A program made the position numbers and the translations under genes. Below the pieces are notes generated by a model that saw nothing but the letters and a program-made list of their open reading frames with translations, was not told where the DNA came from and searched no databases. Of a DNA stretch of 64,000 bases, positions 13,480 to 24,038 are shown piece after piece. The first letter of the stretch is position 1; each line of letters begins with the position of its first letter. The stretch is from Octopus bimaculoides (taxonomy: Eukaryota): contig NC_068993.1 in NCBI RefSeq assembly GCF_001194135.2, positions 63,264,935-63,328,934 of the forward strand, written 5' to 3'.

Positions 13480-13610
13480 ACAGAAGCAGCTTTCTTAGGA
13501 TTCTTGCAGAATATAGAATTGCACTTTTCTGCAGGTCTACAATGCAAGTCTCAATTCCCGTATCCTTCAGTCTCTTAAGTAGCCAAGTGTTGTGCCAAGT
13601 GCACTGATTA
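13480..13610 (-). mobile_element. 3' end fragment of the RLE-type LINE
   Basis: IETCIVDLQKSAILYSARILRKLL matches the fragment at ~5130-5205. Confidence 0.7.
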
Positions 13611-13806
13611 CCAATTATCATCATCATAATCATCATCATCATCAATGTCATCATCATAATCATCATCATCGACCTCATCATCGTCATCATCATCATCATC
13701 ATCATCACTATCATCGTTGTCATCACTACCATCATCACCAGCAGTAGCACTATTCTGCACACCACCAACGTTATCGTTTCTTCTTCTCTCAACAACAGAC
13801 ATCAAA

Positions 13807-13873
13807 ATGAGATTGTCAATTGCGTTCGCTCTCCTTTCCCTGTCTCTGTGCCAAGCAGAAAACAATTCTTCAG
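13807..13873 (+). CDS. Cassette A exon: signal peptide MRLSIAFALLSLSLCQAENNSS
   Basis: ATG in aaaATG context, hydrophobic h-region, CQA cleavage-like motif, strong donor TCAG|gtaag; phase 1 is compatible with exon 14230. Confidence 0.8.
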
Positions 13874-14229
13874 GTAAGAAAACGTATCGCATTTTTTAAT
13901 TGCTTCAAACATATCTCATTATTAATAATATTACAGCTGACATGGAGTGAAGACTCCAGGCATTTTGGCACTGGCGCTTCAAAAGGCTGCTACACTTCCC
14001 ATACATCAACTACAAAAGGAACAGCTTTCTCAGGAATCAAGCCAACCAATACGCTGGCAGACAGGAACCGCTCCTTGTGCAGATAAAAAGATGAATGCTT
14101 GCCTGATACAGTCATGTATCCAACCACAACTTCCTGTCTAAATCTCTGACATCCACAACATGACCATCACCCCTTTATCACCAACACCACCTCATCATCT
14201 ATACTAACAAAGCAATGTTTATATTTCAG

Positions 14230-14355
14230 ATACTGGAAGAATTCTTGATGGAAGCTGGTCAAGTGAAGAAAATCTGGTGCTTACTTTTGACCAAAGAAAT
14301 AACTCTTTGAGTGCTACATTAATTATTTCATGTAGCCGTGGATACAATTTCACAG
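14230..14355 (+). CDS. Cassette A diverged avidin-like domain, exon 1 (TGRILDGSWSSEENLVLTFDQRNNSLSATLIISCSRGYNFT)
   Basis: tttcag|...acag|gtaag, phase 1-1, 126 nt, open. Same length as paralog 28118-28243; LDGSW resembles avidin LTGKW. Confidence 0.85.
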
Positions 14356-15244
14356 GTAAGTTTTAAAATTCTTTAAGCTTGATCACAAGAGAAAGGAACC
14401 AGTCTGCTATTGTTTTACTTCTGTAAAATTAGAAAGGTTTATGGAGATTATTGCTGTCACTCTTAAATGTATCTTTTAATCCTCTTTTATCTTTTACTTG
14501 TTTCAGTCATGTAGATTGTGGCTATGCTGGAGCACCACCTCGAAGAATTTTAGTCAAACACATCAATCCCAGGACTTGTTTTTAAACTTGGTGCTTATTC
14601 TATCAATGCCTTTTGCTGAACTGCTAAGTTACAGAGGTGTAAACAAACCAACACCAGCTGTCAAGTGGTGGTGATGGAGCAAATGCACACACACTCACAC
14701 ACACACACACACACACACACATGATCGGCATTTTTTCATTTTCTGCTTACCAAATCAATTCACAAGGTTTTGGTGAGCCCAAGACTAGCAGTGAGACTGA
14801 ACCTAGAACCATGTGCTTGGGAAGCAACCTACTTACCACACAGTCGTGCCTCTGTCTATGGTTAAGGTCACTGTCAACATTAATGTTTCCTGTAAAAACC
14901 TCATTCATATTCATAGAGTCAACTTTGTCGATGCTTATAGTAAAATCCATGTTAAGTCGAAAAGTAAAATCCAATAAGTGATTTACATCCATCCCCAGTG
15001 CATAACTGGTACTTACATCATCAACCCTGGCAAAACGAAAGGCAAAGTCAACCTCCGCAGAAATGAAGACTTGTTAATGCTCATAGTGAGGTTCTTGTTA
15101 ATGTTTAAAGGCCAAGATCAAAATTTGTATGAAATATGTTTGTTACTCAATAGAAGATGTTTTCATCTAAATTACATTTTATTTTATATCTACGATTTAA
15201 TGAAGCGATTTATCTGGGGCTTTTCCCCCCTTTTTCTTTTGTAG

Positions 15245-15313
15245 GTAACATTACCAACAGCAATACATTTCATCTGTATGGAGCATTCAACACCACGGCC
15301 ATGGCTGTCACAG
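15245..15313 (+). CDS. Cassette A diverged domain, exon 2 (NITNSNTFHLYGAFNTTAMAVT)
   Basis: ttgtag|...acag|gtatt, phase 1-1, 69 nt; paralog 28890-28958 has the same length (13/22 identical aa). Confidence 0.85.
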
Positions 15314-15722
15314 GTATTAACCCTTTTGTGAATATGTTTCTTATGAACTCTTATAATTTTGTTACACAAAATTATGAAGGAAGGAATTGTTTTGTATTTA
15401 TTTTAGAATAAATATTTTATTAGGATTGCATTTGTATAAAAACACCAGAGGTAGTCTCAGAGAGGTTGGCATGAAAAGGATTAAATATTTTGCCATCTAT
15501 GTCGTCAGACAATTGGAGCCTGGTACAGCTCTCCTGCTTGCCAGCTCCTGTCAAACCATCCAACCATGCGGCCATGCTGGAGCATCACCTTTAGACAAGC
15601 AAATCGACCCCAGATCTTATTCTTTGTAAGCTAGTACTTATTCTATCAGTCTCTTTTGCTGAACTGCTAAGTTATGGGGACATAAACACACCAGCATCAG
15701 TTGCCAAATGATGGCAGGGAGA

Positions 15723-15761
<39 letters not shown>

Positions 15762-16934
15762 AACAGCAGACTTAGTTCATAAGATATTTAGTTGTGTCAT
15801 CTTACATGCTTTTCATTAACAATGAAAAAATACCAGTTATATAAGTAAAACCTTATAAGTAGGGTGCATTGTCAAATCTTCAGAGATTGAATAACTCATT
15901 AGTAACCTTTAACATTTATGCTGGACTACTGACAGTGTTACAATATCAACTACCAAAACAACTGTGTTAAATTATGTGAAAGAATTAGCTTATATACTTA
16001 CAGGAAGGATGAAAGTATGTCTTATCATAGAATAGAAAAACAGTATTTACGTAGCCAATGTTTCTATTAAAAGAAGTGATATATAGCTAAAGCTATGAGG
16101 TCTCACAGATCACAGCAAGGTATCCCTATGATCTATCAGTCTTATATGTTGTTTAGCTGTTAAATGTTGTCCATTCATGCTGAATATGTCACAATCTCCA
16201 CCCACTTCCACATCACCAAGCAAAAGATAACAGCTTGACACCATCTTCCATTTTCTCCTAATGAAGAAGAGATGAAATATCGACGTATGGTAAAGTACAA
16301 GTCGTTATGTCTTCATTACTTCTGTTTTCACTCCAATCTTTTAATTTGCACTGGATCGGCTTCTGAACAATTTTAATTTTAATTTTAAGCATCACACAAT
16401 GTTTCTCTCAGACCACAACACTTATGTATGTGTGTGTGTGTGTGTAAACAGGTACACTCATAGTTGTCTTGTCTGACATAAATCAAATCTTTTCTTTGTT
16501 TCTTCATTCCAGTTTATTCTTCAAGATTGGTTTGCAATCTATTTTCTTGTTATGCAATGCTTTATTGATCAAAGGTTAAAACTTAATTCTTCAAGTTATT
16601 GTTTTTCACTCAAAGAAAAACATGACACACAATATGCAGGAATTTTCGATGGTTCTGAGAATTCTTGAAACAAATAAAATACCTGATTATTTTACTTTTT
16701 ATTTTTTTACTAAAAGAAATTTTAATATTAATTTCTTCTCCTCTACCACTTTAGTATAAAACTCAGTTTTCACTAAGTTTCAAGAAAGTAATTAATTTCA
16801 TTTTAAGTCACATGACAGTCTCTTATGACAACTGAAAATTCTGTGAAATAAATAGAATTCTCCAATAACCACGATTGATACAAGATGTTTCCTGCTTTTC
16901 AGATTTCAACAACAAAGTAGTCTCAGCATCTTGG

Positions 16935-16965
<31 letters not shown>

Positions 16966-18234
16966 GTTGTATTGTTCTTTATTTCTACCAGAATACATGA
17001 TATTTACTACAGAACAGTCAACCAGATTTTTTTTTTCTTTACTATAGAAATGGTTGTCATTTAACCTTGAATTTCAACAACAATTTAAAATGTTATCTCC
17101 AAAATTATTTTTATTTCATGTTGTATTGTATTGTTATTTATTCTTAGCAGAATACACAATATTTATCAAGGTGAATTCTGTCCTTGATTCATCATCATCA
17201 TCATCATTATCATCGTCGTCGTCATTTAACGTCCACTTTCCATGCTGGCATGGGTTGGACGATTTGACTGAGGACTGGTGAGCCAGAAGGCGGCACCAGG
17301 CTCAATCTGATCTGGCAAAGTTTCTACAGCTGGGTGCCCTTCCTAATGCCAACCACTCCAAGAGTGTAATGGGTGCTTTTACTTGCCACTGGCATTAGGG
17401 CCAGTCAGGTGGTTCTGGCAATGACCACACTCAAGAGGTTGTTTTACATGTTACCTGCATGGGAGCCAGTCTGGTGGCACTGGCAATGACCACGCTCGAA
17501 TATTGCTTTTCACGTGCCACCAGCACATGTGCCGGTAAGGCGATGCTGGCAACAATCACGTTCAAATGATGCTTTTTATGTGCCACCATGAGCCAGTCCA
17601 TGACCCTGGCAATGATCATGCTTGGATGTGCTTTTAATGTTCCACTGGCACAAGTGCGAATCAGGCGGTGCTGTCATCGGCCACATCAGCGATTTTGATT
17701 TGATTTGATTTCCAATTTAATAAATAACTGCCCCCTATTAGTTACGACGATGAGGGTCCCAGCTGATCTGATCAACGGAACAGCTTGCTCGTGAAATTAA
17801 TGTGCAAGTGGCTGAGCACTCCACAGACACATGTACCCTTAATGTGGTTCTCATGGAAACTTAGTAGGACTTAGGATGTGACAAGCCTTTAAAATACATG
17901 TACTATTTATTTTGGCCAGCTGGGTGGACTGTAACAATGCAAAATAAAGTGTCTTGCTTAAGAACACAATGTACCACTGGGAATTGAACTCACAACCTTA
18001 CAGCCATGAGCAGAATCCCCTAACCACTAAGCCATGAACCTTCACAATTCCTGTCCAATTTAATGCATTAATATTAAATTTCATTTATTTATTTAATTAT
18101 GTATTTCTTTATTCAATCCTTTGATTTTTTAAAAAAATATTTGTAATATTACCATCAGATTAATAATAATTGTCTGAGAATGACATTAGAAAAATAATTG
18201 TATGTTCATTTTTTTTTTCTGTAATTTTCTTCAG

Positions 18235-18410
18235 GACAACTCTATAAGACAAACCAAAATAAGATCTTGAAGATTACATTGATGAAGTACGATTATGCAA
18301 ACTGCACTAATTATACCCCAACAAAAATTTCTTTCCATGAACTGAAACCAAGCCAAAACATTTCTAAAAGCACAGCCACCCAGACATCTTATAACTGGTA
18401 TAATTACCTA
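18235..18410 (+). CDS. Cassette A diverged domain, exon 3 (QLYKTNQNKILKITLMKYDYANCTNYTPTKISFHELKP...YNYL)
   Basis: cttcag|...cta|gtaagt, phase 1-0, 176 nt; paralog 31829-32004 has the same length. G|QL...LKITL parallels avidin G|QC...LKTMW. Confidence 0.85.
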
Positions 18411-18526
18411 GTAAGTAATATAATGATTTTTATTTCTCTAATTATGCTGATGATTTAATAATTTGGTAATAATTCTTATAGCATGTTTTAGCAGCAGACT
18501 CAGTTTCTTCCAAGATGATGATGATG

Positions 18527-18559
<33 letters not shown>

Positions 18560-18563
<4 letters not shown>

Positions 18564-18735
18564 TATTGATAAATTTGAAGACAGAAAGTGAAAAAAGATG
18601 GCTATGGATGACTAAAAGTGATTTAAAACTGGAAACGGAGGCTCTAATCTGTGCTGCCCAAGAGCAAGCACTAAGAACAAATTACATCAAATACAGAATG
18701 GACAACACATTATTAAAAAATGGTGACATACACTG
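18560..18735 (+). mobile_element. RLE-type LINE fragment in an intron of cassette A
   Basis: EKRWLWMTKSDLKLETEALICAAQEQALRTNYIKYRMD, the conserved post-RT segment of this group. Confidence 0.75.
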
Positions 18736-18760
18736 AATTAGTTTCTGTTGTTTTCTTCAG

Positions 18761-18772
18761 AATCCCTAAAAG
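18761..18772 (+). CDS. Candidate 12-nt micro or terminal exon of cassette A (AAT CCC TAA in phase 0)
   Basis: ttttcttcag|aatccctaaaag|gtttga; positional and sequence counterpart of 32792-32801. Confidence 0.35.
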
Positions 18773-19037
18773 GTTTGACTACAGAATTGCAAATATAACA
18801 AATTCCTTATCCTTTATATAGTACCTTGCCCCCATCTGTCACCTGTGGTCATGAACTCCACTTCCAAAAGGTACCAATTTATATCTCAATATAAATATAG
18901 GGATGTGTAGCTGTGATATTGCAGCACGTGAATGGCTGTGCTCAGTGTGTGTGTATACAGAGATTAGAGTTTGTTTTTAAAATATGAGTAAAACTAAGAA
19001 TGTCCGTGTGTCTCAGTGAGTAACTATAACAATTCAG

Positions 19038-19153
19038 GTTTAATAAAAATAATGTGGAGAATTCCAATGTTTGCCAAAGCTAATCTATTTTCTTCTGATT
19101 CTTTTTCATATTTTTGGCCGATATGTGGTCATTTGAGAATTTCAAACAAGAAG
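19038..19153 (+). other. Conserved candidate alternative first exon upstream of avidin domain A (GC donor)
   Basis: Colinear with 33035-33138; ends GAAG|gcaagt versus GAAG|gtaagt in B; phase 1 matches exon 19497. Confidence 0.45.
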
Positions 19154-19291
19154 GCAAGTATGACAATAATTCCTGAGAATAATTATTTTCTCCATTCAAC
19201 CACTCTCTTTTTTTCACCCTTAATTTCTTACACTCTCTATTTATCTTTGTATGTGTCTGTCTCTCTTTATCTGTATGTCCTTTTATAAGTC

Positions 19292-19338
<47 letters not shown>

Positions 19339-19496
19339 CTATTTCAATTCCTTTTGATCACTCTCCCTATTTTTTATTTTTTAAAATACCAGTTATGATG
19401 TTACATTGAAACAGGTTTGTCTGCCATACATGTCCTGCAATCACTAATCAAATTACAACATTAATCTTTGATGAGTATATTTATCTGTCATTACAG

Positions 19497-19583
19497 ATGC
19501 CAACTGCAGCCTGGAAGGTACTTGGTATAACGATCTCGGTTCTACAATGGTCGTAAAACAAAATGAGGATGGTTTACTGGAAG
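19497..19583 (+). CDS. Avidin domain A, exon 1 (ANCSLEGTWYNDLGSTMVVKQNEDGLLE)
   Basis: ttacag|...gaag|gtgag, phase 1-1; near-match to chicken avidin CSLTGKWTNDLGSNMTI. Confidence 0.92.
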
Positions 19584-20220
19584 GTGAGAAGAATATATTT
19601 TCAAAATATCAAAATGTAGATTATTTCAGTAGTCATTCAAATTTGTATCAGACCATTTTTTAAAACTTATGTTATTTTAAAAGGATTTGTTTGTTTTCGC
19701 TCTTGTTTCAATATGTTTTGTGTTGGGCACAAATTTGTAAACTCATCCTCAGTCAAATCTAGCTTTGGTTCTTCCTGTTAAATTCTGGGACAACATTCCC
19801 ATAAGTTGGTATATCAGGCATCACAGAGTGAGGTTCTACATATTTCTTCAGCCTTCTCAATGCAGTCACTAAACCCTCTTCAAATAAACATCCTAATCAA
19901 ATTAAGAAAAAAAGGTAAAAAAAAAAAAAAGGAAAGGGTCACATACTTTGGATTCCAAAAGAATAATGTAATTTGATTGGTTACAGGCCTGACTTGAACA
20001 TTTCACTGACCACAGACAGAGCTAACAATGCAAAATATATGTATTTTATTTCTAAAAGCGTACCCTGAATTGATACTAAGCCTTCAGTTCCCTCTACAAG
20101 GGTTAATGGTGTACAATCTGTGTGCTGAAACAGTCTATGTTATTGAACATAACATCTGCATAAGCGTTAAGGTCTGCAGACCATTAAGGACACTAATTTG
20201 GTTATTTTATTTCATTAAAG

Positions 20221-20361
20221 GTCAATTCCGCACTTCTGTTGAACGTTTCAATGGTTCATCTGGAGGTTTTAAAGCTAATATTTATGGTGCCATCAGCCCT
20301 TATTCTGTCTTCAGTTTTGGTCTTGTTTGGAATGAAGGAACTTCAATCTCCAGCTTTGTTG
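20221..20361 (+). CDS. Avidin domain A, exon 2 (QFRTSVERFNG...FSFGLVWNEGTSISSFV)
   Basis: ttaaag|...gttg|gtgag, phase 1-1; parallels avidin GTYITAV...FGFTVNWKFSESTTVFT. Confidence 0.92.
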
Positions 20362-20577
20362 GTGAGTAGCAATAACACACCACATATTTGATTTATGTAT
20401 GTTCACATGTATGCTTATGTGCGTGTGTGTGTGTGTGTGTGTTCAATTCATCATGTATATTTAATTCCTCACATCTTACAGAAAGCCAAATTGCGTCCAT
20501 CCATTATTTCTCTTGCTGGAACTTCACAGATAGAGACTCTAAGTTTCATGTTTTACTAATCCTCAAGGAACCAAATA

Positions 20578-21340
20578 CAAGGTTGAGTCAAAAAGTAATG
20601 ATCCATTTTGTTTAGGACAGGTATAATTAACAACACAGGAACATGTATCATACATCAAAATGAAGCTGGTCCTCTGTGGATTACATCCCTACTTCTCAAC
20701 ATAGTCACTGTTTCTCTCAATAACAATGTTCCACCTTCGAATGAGAGCATGCATCCCTGCCTCGTAAGATTCTGTTGACTGTTCTTTGAGCCATTTCTTC
20801 TCTACAGTTTTCACTTCCTCGTCACTGGAATATTTTCCTTTCAAACCCTCTTTCATGGGGCCAAAGAGATGATAGTCTGAAGGCGCTAAATCTGGCGAGT
20901 ATGGAGGATGTCATAAAGTTGCCCACCCGAATGAGGTGATTGTCTCCCTTGTCCTGATGCCTGTGTGTGGTTGAGCATTGTCATGCAGAAGGAGGACATT
21001 GTCGATTGGCAAGTTGGGTCTTACTCATCGAATTCTTGCTCTGAGCCTCGTCAGGGTCTCACTGTAAGTCCCAGAGTTTACTGTTTTTCCTTTTGGCAAG
21101 AAATCGACCAGAATGACACCTTGAGCATCCTAAAAGACAGTCGCCATGATTTCTCCAGCTGACTTTGCATCTTGAATTTTTACAGTGACGGTGACATAGA
21201 GTGGCGCCATTCCAATGACTGCCTCTTTGATTCCAGTTCATAATGATGAACCCATATTTTATCACCTGTTACGAGCCTTCGAAAAAAGGTGTTGTCTCTA
21301 TGACTTTGTTCGAAACTTGACAAATAGTGACAGTAATTTT
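20578..21340 (-). mobile_element. Mariner (DD34D) transposase remnant, 3' half, intronic
   Basis: Minus strand has RRLVTGDKIWVHHYE, LLLHDNAQPH and HPPYSPDLAPSDYHLF. TA followed by a TIR-like caaggttgagtcaaaaagt at 20576-20596. Stops and frameshifts. Confidence 0.9.
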
Positions 21341-21838
21341 TGTGAGTGTGTGTATTTAAATACAAGTAAATTTTCTTGTTGAAGGCATGAAGCTTAGTGG
21401 TCAGCTCACTATTGTAAGGTCAAGAGTTTGGTTACCAGCAGCATGTTGTCTCCTTGAGCAAGACACTTTATTTCCTGTTGCTCCAGTCCACTCAATTAGC
21501 AATAAGGAGTAGTACCTGTATTTCAAAGCATCAGTCTCATCACATTCTGGTACATGCTGAATCTCCCTGAGAACTATGTTAAGAGTATGTGTGTCTGTGG
21601 AGTACTCAGCCACTTGCACATTAATTTCATGAGCAGGCTGTCCTATTGATAAGATCAACTGGAAGACTCAATATTGTAACTGATGGAGTTCCCATAGCGT
21701 AGTCTTTAAACATGTTTGTTGCCGAAATGTTTTTGAAATTTCTCAGAGTGGAAAGGCTTTTTGTTAGCAACTTTCAAGCTCATGTCTGAATATACAGATG
21801 CACCCATTCATGCATGTTTTTTTTTGTCTCTTCTCCAG

Positions 21839-21964
21839 GTCAGTGTATCCCTTCATCGAACAATGCCACCTTCTTGAAAACTCAGTGGACAATGCTTGTG
21901 GGACAGGAGACCTTTGATACCAGCTGGAAAGCCTTTTACAATGGAATGAACAATTTCTACAAAG
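21839..21964 (+). CDS. Avidin domain A, exon 3 (QCIPSSNNATFLKTQWTMLVGQETFDTSWKAFYNGMNNFYK)
   Basis: ctccag|...aaag|gtgag, phase 1-1; parallels avidin GQC...LKTMW...WKATRVGINIF. Confidence 0.92.
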
Positions 21965-22639
21965 GTGAGATGCATATGATGTTACCTGCAAGGATGGGTG
22001 GAGAGATGGATAAGTACGTGAATAGGGGGGTGGATTTATGGGTAGGTGAAGGGATTAATGTATGGATCATTAGGTGAATGGATTATTAGCAGGTGGGATG
22101 AGAGGAAGAATGGATGCATGAGTAGTGAACAGATTGACGGTTGGGAGTTGTGTGGGTGGGTAGGAGAAATGTGGTTAAAAGGGTAGATGATTGGATGATT
22201 GATTGGTGGGAGTGATGAGTGGAGGGATGAATGCATTGAATGATGGTTGAATGAATGGACAAGTGGTATGGTGCCTGGTTAGATTGACATTTTGACAGAT
22301 GGTTTATTGAGTGGATGGTTAGATAAATATCACATGGATGGATTGGTGGTTATACACCTGGTTGGTAAGGAGATGATCAAATAGACAAATCTAGTCATCC
22401 ATACAGGTATTCATGCATGGCCTACTCCCCATTACCCCTGCTGGATGTGCAAAGCCATGCAGATCCCGCCTCAAGAACCTGCTCTGCCCTCTCATCTCCT
22501 CTCATAAAGATGACTCCCACCATCACCCCCTGAGATTGTTGTCCTGAGAACTACATGGCGACTGCAATAGCGCAGATGCCATGCAAAAAGCAACTAGTAT
22601 GCATTGTAAAGTGTGTGTTTGTGTATATATATATATATA

Positions 22640-22960
22640 TGCTGAGAGACCCCCTTCGGTCATGACTGACCATGGGATTGCACCTAGAAAGTTACCTTCC
22701 CAGGCACAAGTCCAGGCAAGGTCGTTTATGGAAGACCAGCAGTCGCCAATGCATACTGGTCTCCCATCTCCATGCCACCAGTGTTATCCAAGGGAAAGGC
22801 AAAGGGGCCGATGCAGCTTGACACCTGTGACGTTGCAATTCATTTCTACAGCTGAGTGAACTGGAGCAACGTGAAATAAAGTGTCTTGCTCATGAACACA
22901 ACATGCAGCCCAGCCCAGGATTTGAACTCACAACCTCACGATCGTAAGCTCGATGCTCTA
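22640..22960 (-). mobile_element. tRNA-derived SINE, second family (plus-strand copy at ~50240-50600)
   Basis: Reverse complement of tagagc...gagttcaaatcc...cttgagcaagacactttatttcacgttgctccagttcactcagctgtagaaatg... Confidence 0.7.
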
Positions 22961-23003
22961 ANNNNNNNNNNNNNNNNNNNNNNNNNNNNNNNNNNNNNNN
23001 NNN

Positions 23004-23035
<32 letters not shown>

Positions 23036-23205
23036 TTAGGAAGGGCATCCAGCCATAGAAACCATGCCAGACCAGACTGCAGTCTGGTGCAGTTCCCCAG
23101 CTTGCCAGTTCAAGGTCAAACTGTCCAACCCATGCCAGCGGGGACAATATATATATGTAAAACTTCTGGAAAGTGTTACAGATTTTTACAGTTCCTAGTG
23201 ATGGA

Positions 23206-23925
23206 TTAGATCTGCAGTTTTCGAATTAGCCTTCTCCTTTCTGGTTTTGAGAAGCCTAATTTCTCAAGATTGGTATTTAGGCAGTGTGTTACATATCCCT
23301 GGGCCCCGATAGTTACAGGTATAAACCTGAACTTGTGTTCTGAATAGAGTAACTGCAGATTTCTCAATAGTTCAGCACAGGTGTTCTCTTTTTCACTGAT
23401 CTTTAGCTTTAAGTTAACATCCGCTGGGCAGCTGATTTGCTCAACTGTGCACAGTTTCTCTTCTCTATCCCAAATCATTATATCAGGTCTGTTGTGCTTA
23501 CATTTTATTGAGGTCTTCACTGGGACATTCCACCAGCACCCCATTTTATTATGAGTGGCTATTGCTTCTACCATATTGTGGGTTCTTATTTCTTTGTCCT
23601 TGGGATTATCCTTCCAACAGATTTCATTATTGAGTGTCCTAGCTACAACGTCAATGTCTCATTGGTAGATAATACCGTGATGACATTTTCAGACAACTTC
23701 TTATGATGCGGCTGATTATCATCCGTGTGAACTCCACAAAGTCTGCATTGGTTGTCACATTTTGGTGCTTTTCCTGTATCTCTGTCCCTTTTGTGCATCA
23801 GGTGCTTGGTTGATATTTCCTGTTCCTGAATTGCAAACACATACCCTTCAAAGTGGGAGATAGTAATCCGGTTATTGGTCCATGGTAGACCACTTTGTAT
23901 GTATGTATGTATGTGTGCATTCTGT
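23206..23925 (-). mobile_element. RLE-type non-LTR retrotransposon 3' region (Zn knuckle + restriction-like endonuclease)
   Basis: FEGYVFAIQEQEISTK, CRLCG...H and NRPDIMIWDREEKLCTVEQISCP...FIPVTIGAQG (PD-(D/E)xK type); disrupted. Confidence 0.85.
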
Positions 23926-24021
23926 ATGTGCATGTATCCATTTTTGTATGTATGCATTCCGTGTGTATAAAAATATATATCACATGATTTAATCATAACT
24001 GATGACATTATTTTATTCCAG

Positions 24022-24038
24022 AGTTAATAGAGGAATAA
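24022..24038 (+). CDS. Avidin A terminal exon (E-LIEE*)
   Basis: ttccag|ag tta ata gag gaa TAA; paralog 38545-38561 shares gaggaataaaacagaagaa; AATAAA at 24206-24211. Confidence 0.75.

Noticed and set aside
19081-19098. A-to-I editing or selenocysteine rescue of the shared TGA (19096/33084)
   Set aside because: The same frame also has TAA at 19081/33069 and no upstream ATG, so recoding the TGA alone would not open it.
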